DNA from: Candidatus Roizmanbacteria bacterium GW2011_GWC1_37_12
GTDB lineage: Bacteria; Patescibacteriota; Microgenomatia; UBA1406; GWC2-37-13
Length of the DNA: 64,000 bases
NCBI GenBank assembly: GCA_000991135.1
Contig: LBST01000006.1
Span: 46,663-110,662 of the forward strand
Direction: 5' to 3'
Shown here: positions 48,195-56,925 of the stretch, piece after piece
Layout of the letters: each line of letters opens with the position of its first letter
How positions within the stretch are numbered: the stretch's first letter is position 1
The notes under the pieces: model-generated
Database searches by the model: none
Seen by the model: only the letters and a program-made list of their open reading frames with translations
Told to the model about the DNA's origin: nothing
Program-made: the position numbers and the translations under genes

Positions 48195-48885
48195 TTTTTT
48201 CAATAAATTCTGCCAATCTATAATCTCCTTCTTTCACAATCCTCCCTCCCAACATTACCAATACTCTATCCGGCTTGATATATTTGAGAATTCTATTGTA
48301 ATGAGTAATCAAAACTATCGTTCTTTCCTTTTTGAATCCATCTAAAAATTTGGCGATCGCTTTTAAGGCATCGATGTCAACTCCGGTATCGATCTCATCA
48401 AAGATTAAAAATTTGGGATCCAGCAAAACTGCTTGAATTAACTCTAATTTTTTCTTTTCGCCTCCCGAGGCATTGTCGTTTAAAGACCTTGACAATAGTT
48501 CTTCTTTTATGTGCAATTTTTTTGCCAACCTATCTATTTCTTGCTTGACTATTAGAGGGTCTTTAATTCCTGACAAAGCCAGACGCAACAGTTGAAAAAC
48601 AGTCACTCCTGATAGTGATAGTGGCGTTTGAAAAGATAGGAAGACTCCTTGTTTGGCTCGTTTGTCTGGCGGCAGCGCGCTTATGTCATTCTTGTTAAAA
48701 ATGATTTTGGCGTCTTTGTCCAATCGATAGGCTGGATGCCCCGAAATGGCATAGGCCAAAGTAGATTTTCCGCTTCCATTGGGACCCATTATCGCATAGA
48801 CTTTGTTTTTTTTAAATTCAAAGTTAAGATTTTTGAGGATTACTTTATTAGAGGCGGAAACGGTTAGATTTTTTAAAACTAACAT
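48169..48885 (-). CDS. sufC: Fe-S assembly ATPase SufC
   Basis: [30 protein letters not shown]. Confidence 0.95.
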   Translation of the reverse strand: MLVLKNLTVSASNKVILKNLNFEFKKNKVYAIMGPNGSGKSTLAYAISGHPAYRLDKDAKIIFNKNDISALPPDKRAKQGVFLSFQTPLSLSGVTVFQLLRLALSGIKDPLIVKQEIDRLAKKLHIKEELLSRSLNDNASGGEKKKLELIQAVLLDPKFLIFDEIDTGVDIDALKAIAKFLDGFKKERTIVLITHYNRILKYIKPDRVLVMLGGRIVKEGDYRLAEFIEKNGYEKYRS

Positions 48886-48888
48886 ATT

Positions 48889-49284
48889 TTAAACAATCTC
48901 AAGAAGTTTGTATTTTTTTAGATCGCGGCTAAGAATGGTGCTTAGACTATGTTTTAAGAAAGTTTTGTGTATGCAGTATTCGTCTCGCGGACATTTATAC
49001 CCTTCCCGCATACATTTGGTGATTTCCAGGTCACCCTCAAAAACCTTAAGATAATCATAAAGATTTAAATTTTTGGCTTTTTTACTCAAACGGTAGCCGC
49101 CGATTTTACCCTCGCGGCTCTCCAAAATTTTTGCCTGAACCAATCCGGCAGCAATCCTAGCTAAAAATCTTTTCGGTAGGTCTACTCGTTTTAAAATATT
49201 AGACAAAGGAATATAGTCTTTTTTGTCTTTAAGTTGAGAAATCAAAAGCATGCCATAATCTGACTGTTTAGTTATATTTAACAT
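48889..49284 (-). CDS. Rrf2-family transcriptional regulator
   Basis: DYG, S.EG..GGY.L, three C-terminal Cys. Confidence 0.88.
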   Translation of the reverse strand: MLNITKQSDYGMLLISQLKDKKDYIPLSNILKRVDLPKRFLARIAAGLVQAKILESREGKIGGYRLSKKAKNLNLYDYLKVFEGDLEITKCMREGYKCPRDEYCIHKTFLKHSLSTILSRDLKKYKLLEIV

Positions 49285-49347
49285 ACACTTAGATAGTAAT
49301 AGTTTAATACTAGTTAACTCAAAAATCAAGTCAGCAGATTTCGATTT

Positions 49348-50430
49348 CTATGTTATTATGAATTCTTCAAGTATTTTATAGTAAAGAGAGAGACTTTTGA
49401 TATCTATCCACTCATTTTTCTGATGCATGCCGCCGCCTTCTAAACCAAAGTGAACTGCGGGGATTTTTTTTATGCTGTAAAAACGGCCATCCGTTGCGTA
49501 ATGATCTTTTGTGAATAAGTCTTTTTCTTTATTATATCTTTTCAGTATCTGTGCTAACTTTTTTACTTCCGGAACAGTTCTGTCAGTTTCAAGCCCGGGC
49601 TCGTTCATTTTTACTTTGATCTCTGCTTGGGGAAAATATTTTTTTATTTTACTGATAATTTTTTCTGGCTGATCTTGGTATATTCTCCGTATGTCAAAAG
49701 TAGCTTCGGCATGATCGGAAATGACATTAAAGGCTGTGCCGCCATTGATAAGATTAAGACTATATGTTGTTGCCCAAATTTCCCTTTTAGGGAGCGGGTT
49801 CTCTGTATAAAATCGACTGATATCGCTTGCCATTTTGACATTTGCATTTTTACCATCCCAGGGACGAGAACCGTGAGCAGACTTTCCTCTATGCGTAACC
49901 GTTATTTTAAGAATACCCTTATGAGCCATTAATATCTTTAAGTTGGTTGGTTCTCCACCCAGAAAAAGACGTGTTTTGGCCTCTTTTTTTTCAGAAAAAA
50001 TTTTCGTTCCGGAAAAACCACCGATTTCTTCATCAGTGACTAACGTGAGCCCCACATCATCAGGTAGTTTGTTTTTTTCGCTAAGATTTCTGAATAACTC
50101 TATTATTGCAGCAGCTGCTCCTTTCATATCATAGACTCCTCGACCAAACGCTTTATCTCCCTTTATTTTTAGTTTAAACGCTTCTCGCAAAGCGGGGACG
50201 ACATCAAGATGCGCATTCAAGAGAATCCGAAAGGGCTTGTTAACTAAATGATTTTTTCCGTAAATCAGTAGACTCGAGAAACCATTATTAATATATCTTT
50301 TAATGAGCAAGTTTTTATTATTCAGATAGCCGGCAACGTAATTGATGATCTTACCGCCTTCTTTTTTATCGCTGGATACAGACTTAAATTCAACCAATTT
50401 TTCTAAAAGTGCTAAAATATTTTTTTCCAT
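49348..50430 (-). CDS. M20 amidohydrolase (putative N-acyl-amino-acid deacylase/desuccinylase)
   Basis: NAHLDVV, GRGVYDMKG, DEE, GEPT, HGSRPW, H..NE. Confidence 0.9.
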   Translation of the reverse strand: MEKNILALLEKLVEFKSVSSDKKEGGKIINYVAGYLNNKNLLIKRYINNGFSSLLIYGKNHLVNKPFRILLNAHLDVVPALREAFKLKIKGDKAFGRGVYDMKGAAAAIIELFRNLSEKNKLPDDVGLTLVTDEEIGGFSGTKIFSEKKEAKTRLFLGGEPTNLKILMAHKGILKITVTHRGKSAHGSRPWDGKNANVKMASDISRFYTENPLPKREIWATTYSLNLINGGTAFNVISDHAEATFDIRRIYQDQPEKIISKIKKYFPQAEIKVKMNEPGLETDRTVPEVKKLAQILKRYNKEKDLFTKDHYATDGRFYSIKKIPAVHFGLEGGGMHQKNEWIDIKSLSLYYKILEEFIIT

Positions 50431-50458
50431 AGTTATTAACAAAAGTTACGCAGTAAAC

Positions 50459-50541
50459 GTCATTCTGGCAAGGCCGGAGGCCGCGTCCAGAATCTGCACA
50501 ACGATTCTGGAGTCGCTCGTTACCTCGCTCCCCAGAATGAC
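50459..50541. repeat. Complete short A+B double-hairpin element (MITE-like)
   Basis: GTCATTCTGG..CCAGAATC-TGCACAAC-GATTCTGG..CCAGAATGAC; near-identical inverted copy inside tsaD. Confidence 0.9.
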
Positions 50542-50561
50542 AAAGTGCGTAAGTCCTGTTA

Positions 50562-51668
50562 TTAAGCAACCGTAATTTTAAAAACGGTATATTTATTTAG
50601 TTTTGCCTCGTCTATTTTGAATAGACTATCAGTTTTAGCTACATCAATTGTGCCATTTTTTTCCGGAATTTCTTTTTGTAAAATGTCATCGGCAAAGTAC
50701 CATTTAGTTAGACAGATGTCATTTGCATACTTAAAATTAGAGAGAGTAGAAATATGACAATTTAAAAGTTGACCCCAACCGGATTCAATCATGCCGCCGC
50801 ACCACACAGGAATATTGTTTTGAGCGGCCAACTCTGATATAAGTTTTGCTTGCCAATAGCCGCCGACTCGCTGGGGCTTGATATTTATTATTTTGCACGC
50901 GCCAATTTTGATCGCCTGCTCGGCGATATGATAATTACCGATGCTTTCGTCCAGGCAGATCGGTGTTTTTATCTGTTTTTGTAAAATTGAATGGTCAACA
51001 ATGTCATTATAGGTTAACGGTTGTTCAATCATTAAAAGATTCATTTTATCTAATTCTTTGAAAACTTTTATATCTTTTAATCTATAGGCAGAATTAGCAT
51101 CGACAAAAAGCGGTAGATCTGGGTAATCCTTTCTTATTGCGGCGATGAGTTTTAGGTCTATTCCCGGCTTTATCTTAACCTTAGCTCTTTCAGGCGAATA
51201 CGTTTTAAGATAGCGCAAAACTCTGCTTATTGAATCTTTAAGATCAACCCCAAGTCCTATACTGATAGCCGCCGCTATCTTCGTTTTAGTTCCGCCCCAA
51301 AGTTTTCTTAATGGCTTACCTGTTTGTTGTGATTTTAAATGCCAAAAAGCCGATTCAATCACGGTTTTGCTAAAATTATTTCCCCGCATCAATTTATAAA
51401 TGGCTTCTAACTCTTCAATCGTGTTTATTTTTTTATTCAAAATTGCCGGAACAAGATAGGTCTTTAAGAGATGAATGGTGCCATCGTTAAAATCTGGTTC
51501 GTAAAATGGAAAATCAAAATTTGCAGACTCTCCTATCCCGATTAAGCCGTTTTTATCAAAAAGCTTGATTAAAATGATTTCGCGGTTGGTCATTGAAGTG
51601 AAACTGACACGAAAGGGTTCTTTAAGAGGAAGGTATATCTTGTAAATCTCGGCTTTTGTAATGTGCAT
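50562..51668 (-). CDS. N-succinylamino acid racemase / o-succinylbenzoate synthase (enolase superfamily)
   Basis: KVKIKP, DANSAY, EQP, LDES, NIKPQRVGG, WCGGMIE. Confidence 0.88.
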   Translation of the reverse strand: MHITKAEIYKIYLPLKEPFRVSFTSMTNREIILIKLFDKNGLIGIGESANFDFPFYEPDFNDGTIHLLKTYLVPAILNKKINTIEELEAIYKLMRGNNFSKTVIESAFWHLKSQQTGKPLRKLWGGTKTKIAAAISIGLGVDLKDSISRVLRYLKTYSPERAKVKIKPGIDLKLIAAIRKDYPDLPLFVDANSAYRLKDIKVFKELDKMNLLMIEQPLTYNDIVDHSILQKQIKTPICLDESIGNYHIAEQAIKIGACKIINIKPQRVGGYWQAKLISELAAQNNIPVWCGGMIESGWGQLLNCHISTLSNFKYANDICLTKWYFADDILQKEIPEKNGTIDVAKTDSLFKIDEAKLNKYTVFKITVA

Positions 51669-51676
51669 ACAATTAA

Positions 51677-52609
51677 TTATAGCGCTTCCTTTAAACAATC
51701 AGTGTTATTTTCACTAAAATTTTTTACAGTAACTATATAATGACGCATTTCACCTTTTTCATCAGGCAAGGCAACATAATCAACTGCGGTATGACTCTGA
51801 TTCTCAAATAACTCCGTAAAAACTATTCTGTGCTGTTCTGACCAAAGTAGAGCTTCGTCACCCCATAGATCCTTAACAACCGACGGGTTTACCGAGGTTT
51901 CGACAAAAGCGAGTTGGGACGGTGGATTTACATGAGTTAGACATCTGCCTTCTCTGACTTCTTCTGGGTCAAAAAGGAAAACGTCATCAGGATGATTCTC
52001 CATATATTTAGTATAATCTTGTTGTCCAGGATAAACTGCTCCTTTAACCCAGGCACTACCAGGTTTAGCCTTGTAATAAAATCGGTCTGACGGCATATCT
52101 CTATGTTCATTTCCCCCTTCCTTTTCTATTCCTTCAAAAAAATCCCGTTTATATTCATTTGAGTGCATCCTGCTTTTGTGGAGATATAAATTGACATTTC
52201 TTGCAACAAAAGGGTCTGAAGTAAGTGCGAGAGTCTCAATAAACGGAGAGAGCTTATTTTCTATTAGACCGTAGTTTACCTTCATTAATTCGTATCCAAG
52301 ACCAAGTCTCTGATACTCTTCGTCCACGCCAAGTTGGTGAAGGAACAAATAAAGAGCACCTTCTGGAGGTATTTTGATAATACCGATCGAGGCGCCCATC
52401 ATTCTGTCTCCGTCAAAAATACCGTGACATGTCCCTATATTATCCTCTGTTAATGCGGCATAGTCCCAAAGTTTGTTTATTTCTGGTAAACCCCAAGCGC
52501 TTTGAGCGACTCTTGTCCAGCTGTCACGATCCCCAGAAGTTAGGGGACGCTTGATAGCTCTTGCTAAAATTTCAGCTCTCTGTGTTTCTATTCTTGCTGC
52601 GATTGCCAT
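51677..52609 (-). CDS. GNAT acyltransferase (NSAR-associated type)
   Basis: LHQLGVDEEYQRLGLG, TSDP..ARN..LYL, PSDRF. Confidence 0.72.
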   Translation of the reverse strand: MAIAARIETQRAEILARAIKRPLTSGDRDSWTRVAQSAWGLPEINKLWDYAALTEDNIGTCHGIFDGDRMMGASIGIIKIPPEGALYLFLHQLGVDEEYQRLGLGYELMKVNYGLIENKLSPFIETLALTSDPFVARNVNLYLHKSRMHSNEYKRDFFEGIEKEGGNEHRDMPSDRFYYKAKPGSAWVKGAVYPGQQDYTKYMENHPDDVFLFDPEEVREGRCLTHVNPPSQLAFVETSVNPSVVKDLWGDEALLWSEQHRIVFTELFENQSHTAVDYVALPDEKGEMRHYIVTVKNFSENNTDCLKEAL

Positions 52610-52630
52610 AATATAATTTTAATTAATAAT

Positions 52631-54385
52631 TTATAACCCGCCTTCTCCTGCCAACCTCATCTTTTGCAATACTTCTTCCGTCTCTTGATCAAGATTACCT
52701 TCTTCAAGCCTTTTGAGTCCTTGACAGATTATCCTCGTTAAAAATTCATGCGTCTCGCTGAATTCTGTTAGAGAACGCTGATCTCTCAATATCCCCGAGG
52801 CTTTTCCAAGCAATATTCCATATTGCAGGTACAGAAAGTTTTGAGCCCTAACCGTATCTTCAACAATCCAAGCGCGATTCATACCTTTTCCCCGTAATCT
52901 ATCTGCCATACCATATTCTTCTGCAATTTCTCTTATTCTTTGACCATCGCGCTCTACTTTGGCTTGAAATTCTTCATTCTGTACCATATGGGCAATAACC
53001 AAAGCTTGTAAATGCGGCCCGTAATTAGTCGGCGTTGACAGATGACTCATACCAGTTGTTGAATCGTCTATATGAGCAGGAATCAATGCAAAGGCATAAG
53101 GATCTATTGCTGCGGCTTTCGCATTCGTAATGATAAGATGCTGATAGTCGGCAAGTGTTCTCGTGGGTCCTTCACCAAAATAACTTCCGCCAACGCTTCC
53201 GGTTGTTTGCATACAATCGGCAATGATCGGCAATTCATGAGGTTCAAAAAGATTTCGGACTTCTGTAAGTAATGCTTGATCTACTGGGTACATACCCCCA
53301 TCCACGTCGACATCAGGCTCTATGATAAGACCCGCACATTCGCCTCTTTTAATCGCCTCTGAAAGAGTTGTAAGGATTTTTTCCCTATTTTCAGCCGTAA
53401 ATATCGGAAGGACGCGTTTTACCCAAGCTTCACCGCCCGTATGTAAATTGCTGTGTCCATCAACACCCCAAGCGGATCCTTCTGTTGCCGCTCCACCATA
53501 ACCTCCGGCCCATGTACCGTCAACCGCAAAAACCTTAGGAACGGTAATAAGACCTCGTAATTCCAACTGTTTAATTCCATTTGCCCCTTTTAAATTATAT
53601 TTTTTTAGCAGTCTGGAAACTTCCGGACTTTCATATGTATGTTGTCTCTCGGCTGCATGAGCACAGACGATCTCAATTGCTGTCGAGTTGATTTCTGACC
53701 CAGAGTGACGCGTATGTATCCTTATTTCTTGGTTTTCAACCTGTTTGGTATTTGGATGGAGTTTTGCCAACTCATCCATAGCATATCCTTGGACTTCGGC
53801 TGGGTGGTAGTGATGCATTGGATGACCGCTTGTCTGCATCAAACTGTCTGCTGTTTTCATGATGAGCGGATAAGGATTGCCGAATCCGAGTCTGCCTGTT
53901 GCGGCCGACGTAGCTAAATCATGGATGATATCATCACCAAAATTACCATTACCAGCCATTGCTACTTTTTTCAACCCTCCGCTTTGCGTGCTGTTTAAAA
54001 TATTACCCGCCATCCAAAGGACAGAAGTTTTGTGAGATAGTTTTTTTATTTCATCAAGTCGTCTTTTCATTGGTCCATTGACTGCAGATACACGCATTAA
54101 ATTTGGGCGACCATTATTCCGAAGTGTTCTTTTTGCTAAAACATTGGATAGCAAAAGGTCGGTAAGAAATGCACTTTCCATCTGTTCAAGTTCTGCCGAA
54201 ATGATTTGCTGTTGACCTTCGCCAAAAGTTAGACGGCCTCCTGTATAGCATCTAAGACCATCCATTACCGATATTATGGCGTCAAGACCGACTCTTTGAA
54301 GCATATCCCATTCAGGTTTCCTGGGATCTCCTTCAGGAAGACTTCTGACATCAATGTTTATTTTATGAATTTTTTTTTCATGCAT
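52631..54385 (-). CDS. Divergent class-III PLP aminotransferase-fold protein with N-terminal extension
   Basis: SGSEIN, IIEP...DGG, IIADCMQTTG, TNAK (PLP Lys), RGKG. Confidence 0.7.
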   Translation of the reverse strand: MHEKKIHKINIDVRSLPEGDPRKPEWDMLQRVGLDAIISVMDGLRCYTGGRLTFGEGQQQIISAELEQMESAFLTDLLLSNVLAKRTLRNNGRPNLMRVSAVNGPMKRRLDEIKKLSHKTSVLWMAGNILNSTQSGGLKKVAMAGNGNFGDDIIHDLATSAATGRLGFGNPYPLIMKTADSLMQTSGHPMHHYHPAEVQGYAMDELAKLHPNTKQVENQEIRIHTRHSGSEINSTAIEIVCAHAAERQHTYESPEVSRLLKKYNLKGANGIKQLELRGLITVPKVFAVDGTWAGGYGGAATEGSAWGVDGHSNLHTGGEAWVKRVLPIFTAENREKILTTLSEAIKRGECAGLIIEPDVDVDGGMYPVDQALLTEVRNLFEPHELPIIADCMQTTGSVGGSYFGEGPTRTLADYQHLIITNAKAAAIDPYAFALIPAHIDDSTTGMSHLSTPTNYGPHLQALVIAHMVQNEEFQAKVERDGQRIREIAEEYGMADRLRGKGMNRAWIVEDTVRAQNFLYLQYGILLGKASGILRDQRSLTEFSETHEFLTRIICQGLKRLEEGNLDQETEEVLQKMRLAGEGGL

Positions 54386-54478
54386 AGTAATACCATCATT
54401 TTTTTAATATCAAGTGAGATTGTAACAAATTTTTTTTGGCCTGTCAAATCAATGTATATCAAATCTCAAAGTTCATTT

Positions 54479-55633
54479 TCACAAATTTAGCCTTGGAATT
54501 CGGTCTAATTCATCAATGTCTTTGACAAATAATTCTTTTTCAGCCTTATATGAGGCAGCGGCACCGATCATGGCAGCGTTATCGCCTGTCAGATATTTGT
54601 AAGTTGGAAATAAAACTTCTCCACGATGTCTATCAACTAATTTTCTGAATAATTGGCGAAGCCGAAGATTGGCGATCACTCCACCGCCGATGACCAATCG
54701 ATTAATTCCAGTCTGCCTCATCGCTTTCTCTGTCTTTTTTATAATCGTGTCAAAGACCGCTTCCTGAAACGATGAACACAGTCTTCGTAAATCATCGGTC
54801 ATTCTGGGGAGCGTAGCCGAGTCAGACTCGGCGAATGCGACTCCAGAATCGTTGTGCAGATTCTGGACGCGGCCTTCGGCCTTGCCAGAATGACGTCGGG
54901 TCACAAAATAATAAAATGACGTTTTCAAGCCGGAAAAAGAAAAATTCAGGTCGTTGCTTTTTAACATCGGTCTAGGAAAAATATAAAAATCCTTGTTATG
55001 AACATCTCTTGCCAATCTTTCAATCACCGGACCACCCGGATAACCTAGTCCGAGAAGTTTGGCGACTTTATCCAAGGCTTCGCCGGCAGCATCATCAAGA
55101 GTTGAACCAATAACATTGTATTTCAAATGGTCGTTGAATTTGACAAACTCTGTATGTCCTCCAGAAATAATAAGAGCCAAATAAGGAAATTTGAAATTTA
55201 TTTTCGGATTACCTTGGCTGTTTTGCACAAACGCCGAATAGATGTGGCCTTCAAGGTGATTAACAGCAATCAATCTTTTGTTATATTTTTTTGCCAATTC
55301 TTTGGCTTTTTTAATGCCGACCTCAAGAGCTACTGCTAAACCCGGACCCTGGGTGATAGCGATTGCTTGAATCGTTGTCATTCTGGCTTGTCCAGAATCT
55401 AACAACGATTCTGGGTGCGCGAACTTCGTTCGCTTACCAGAATGACGCAGCGCTTCATCAACAACAAAATCTATTCTCTCCTCATGCGCCCGCTTGGCCA
55501 GCGATGGTACCACCCCTCCCCATTTTTTATGAATCAAAACCTGCGAATAGATGACATTGGATAAAACCCGGCGACCGTCAACAACTGCCGCAGCGGTTTC
55601 ATCGCAGGAAGTATCTATGGCAAGAATTTTCAT
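54479..55633 (-). CDS. tsaD: tRNA t6A synthesis protein TsaD, with two in-frame repeat insertions
   Basis: IDTSCDET, HLEGH, SGGHT, DDAAGEA.DK, SFSGLKT, GGV.AN, DNAAMI. Confidence 0.95.
   Translation of the reverse strand: MKILAIDTSCDETAAAVVDGRRVLSNVIYSQVLIHKKWGGVVPSLAKRAHEERIDFVVDEALRHSGKRTKFAHPESLLDSGQARMTTIQAIAITQGPGLAVALEVGIKKAKELAKKYNKRLIAVNHLEGHIYSAFVQNSQGNPKINFKFPYLALIISGGHTEFVKFNDHLKYNVIGSTLDDAAGEALDKVAKLLGLGYPGGPVIERLARDVHNKDFYIFPRPMLKSNDLNFSFSGLKTSFYYFVTRRHSGKAEGRVQNLHNDSGVAFAESDSATLPRMTDDLRRLCSSFQEAVFDTIIKKTEKAMRQTGINRLVIGGGVIANLRLRQLFRKLVDRHRGEVLFPTYKYLTGDNAAMIGAAASYKAEKELFVKDIDELDRIPRLNL
54798..54894. repeat. A+B double-hairpin element in frame in tsaD
   Basis: Encodes RHSGKAEGRVQNLHNDSGVAFAESDSATLPRMT. 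Confidence 0.9.
55377..55446. repeat. A+B double-hairpin element in frame in tsaD
   Basis: Encodes RHSGKRTKFAHPESLLDSGQARMT. Confidence 0.88.
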
Positions 55634-55638
55634 GAAAC

Positions 55639-55740
55639 AATTTCTAATTTCTAATTGACCTAAAGAATATCCAAATCCCAATTGGGAAACAATTGGTCAT
55701 TATTTAGATTAATTAGAATAATTAGGTTAATTAGGTCAAT
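55639..55740. repeat. Second copy of the ~100-bp CTAATT/AATTAG element
   Basis: Matches 23378-23493; contains the stop codon of the tsaC-tsaE gene. Confidence 0.8.
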
Positions 55741-56773
55741 TTTTGATAATTACCTCTCTTTTCTTTTCGCTTAAGTATCTCATCTTCACGTATACTATTT
55801 TCCCTTTACTTTTAAGCAGTTCTATTATCTCTCTTGCCTTTTCTCCCCACTCAAAACACAAAATATTTCCCGGCTTTAATAATCTCTCTATTCCTAAATC
55901 TTTAAACTCCTCTCTCTCTTCAATGTTATAAAGATCAAGATGAATAAATTTTGACTTTTGACTTTTGACTTTTGACTTTCCTATTCCGTATTCATAATAG
56001 ATTACAAAAGTCGGGGAAATGATGTTTTTTATTCCGAGGGTTTCTCCAAGTCCTTTAACAAAAATTGTTTTGCCAACTCCTAATTCACCTTCGATTATGA
56101 AAATCAATGGCTTTATTACGGACAGGTCGCGACCTGTCCCTACATTTTTTAAAATATCTTTTGCAATCTTTTTCGTTTCTTCGGGTGATTTGGAAATAAA
56201 TTTTTCTTTTCTTAAAAAATTAAAACTTCCTTTCCTCAAAATTTTTACTTCAGATTGTGTCAGATCAATAACTGTTGACGGTTTATTTCTCGGAAGTTTT
56301 CCGGCATCAACAATCAGATCAATTAATTTCTTTTTGCTCCCCGAAAGTTTTGATAATAGAGTTTTTACAGAATAATGCGGCGGATTGTTTGAAAGATTCG
56401 CAGAAGTAGCCGTCACTGGCTTCCCAAATCTTTTTACCAATACTTTGATGTGTCGATACATCGGAATTCTTACTCCCAATGTTCCTTTTTCTGATTCTAA
56501 TAAACGATCTGTCCTATGTTTAGAATTCAAAACAACGGTAAAAGGTCCTGGTAAAAGACTGCGTAGGGACAATTCATGAATTGTCCCTACAAGTACAATG
56601 TCTTTCATCATTTCAAAATCGGAAACAAAGACAGAGATTGCCTCATTGGTCGCATCAACCAACAATCCGTAAACAGTATCAGACGGAAAAACCACCAACC
56701 CTCCTAGTTTAAGAGTTTTTAAAGTAGAATTTATTACTTTATTGTGATTATGTGATATTTTTAGTATCTTCAT
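55736..56773 (-). CDS. TsaC (Sua5/YrdC)-TsaE fusion protein
   Basis: VFPSDTVYGL, PGPFT, GVRIP, TSAN, PST; then GELGVGKT, SPTF, HLDLY, EWGE. Confidence 0.88.
   Translation of the reverse strand: MKILKISHNHNKVINSTLKTLKLGGLVVFPSDTVYGLLVDATNEAISVFVSDFEMMKDIVLVGTIHELSLRSLLPGPFTVVLNSKHRTDRLLESEKGTLGVRIPMYRHIKVLVKRFGKPVTATSANLSNNPPHYSVKTLLSKLSGSKKKLIDLIVDAGKLPRNKPSTVIDLTQSEVKILRKGSFNFLRKEKFISKSPEETKKIAKDILKNVGTGRDLSVIKPLIFIIEGELGVGKTIFVKGLGETLGIKNIISPTFVIYYEYGIGKSKVKSQKSKFIHLDLYNIEEREEFKDLGIERLLKPGNILCFEWGEKAREIIELLKSKGKIVYVKMRYLSEKKREVIIKN
56563..56590. repeat. GTAG REP in frame in the TsaC domain (VGTIHELSL)
   Basis: Identical to 37209-37236; a second GTAG REP at 56116-56143 encodes VGTGRDLS. 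Confidence 0.9.
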
Positions 56774-56887
56774 AAGTCAAAATTCAAAAGGTAAAAATCA
56801 AAAATACAAGTTAAAATTAAAAAGTTTTATCAAATACTTTTGACTTTTGACTTTAACTTTTGAATCTTGACTCTTGATTTTTAACTT
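56774..56887. repeat. Inverted heptamer arrays between the divergent tsaC-tsaE and ftsH genes
   Basis: TCAAAA-type runs followed by CTTTTGA-type runs. Confidence 0.75.
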
Positions 56888-56925
56888 AATGCAAATTGTA
56901 TCAAATTTCTGCTAAAATAAGCTCT

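Noticed and set aside
50562..51668. menC of menaquinone synthesis
   Set aside because: No other men genes nearby; GNAT and M20 neighbours favour the racemase role, so no symbol was assigned
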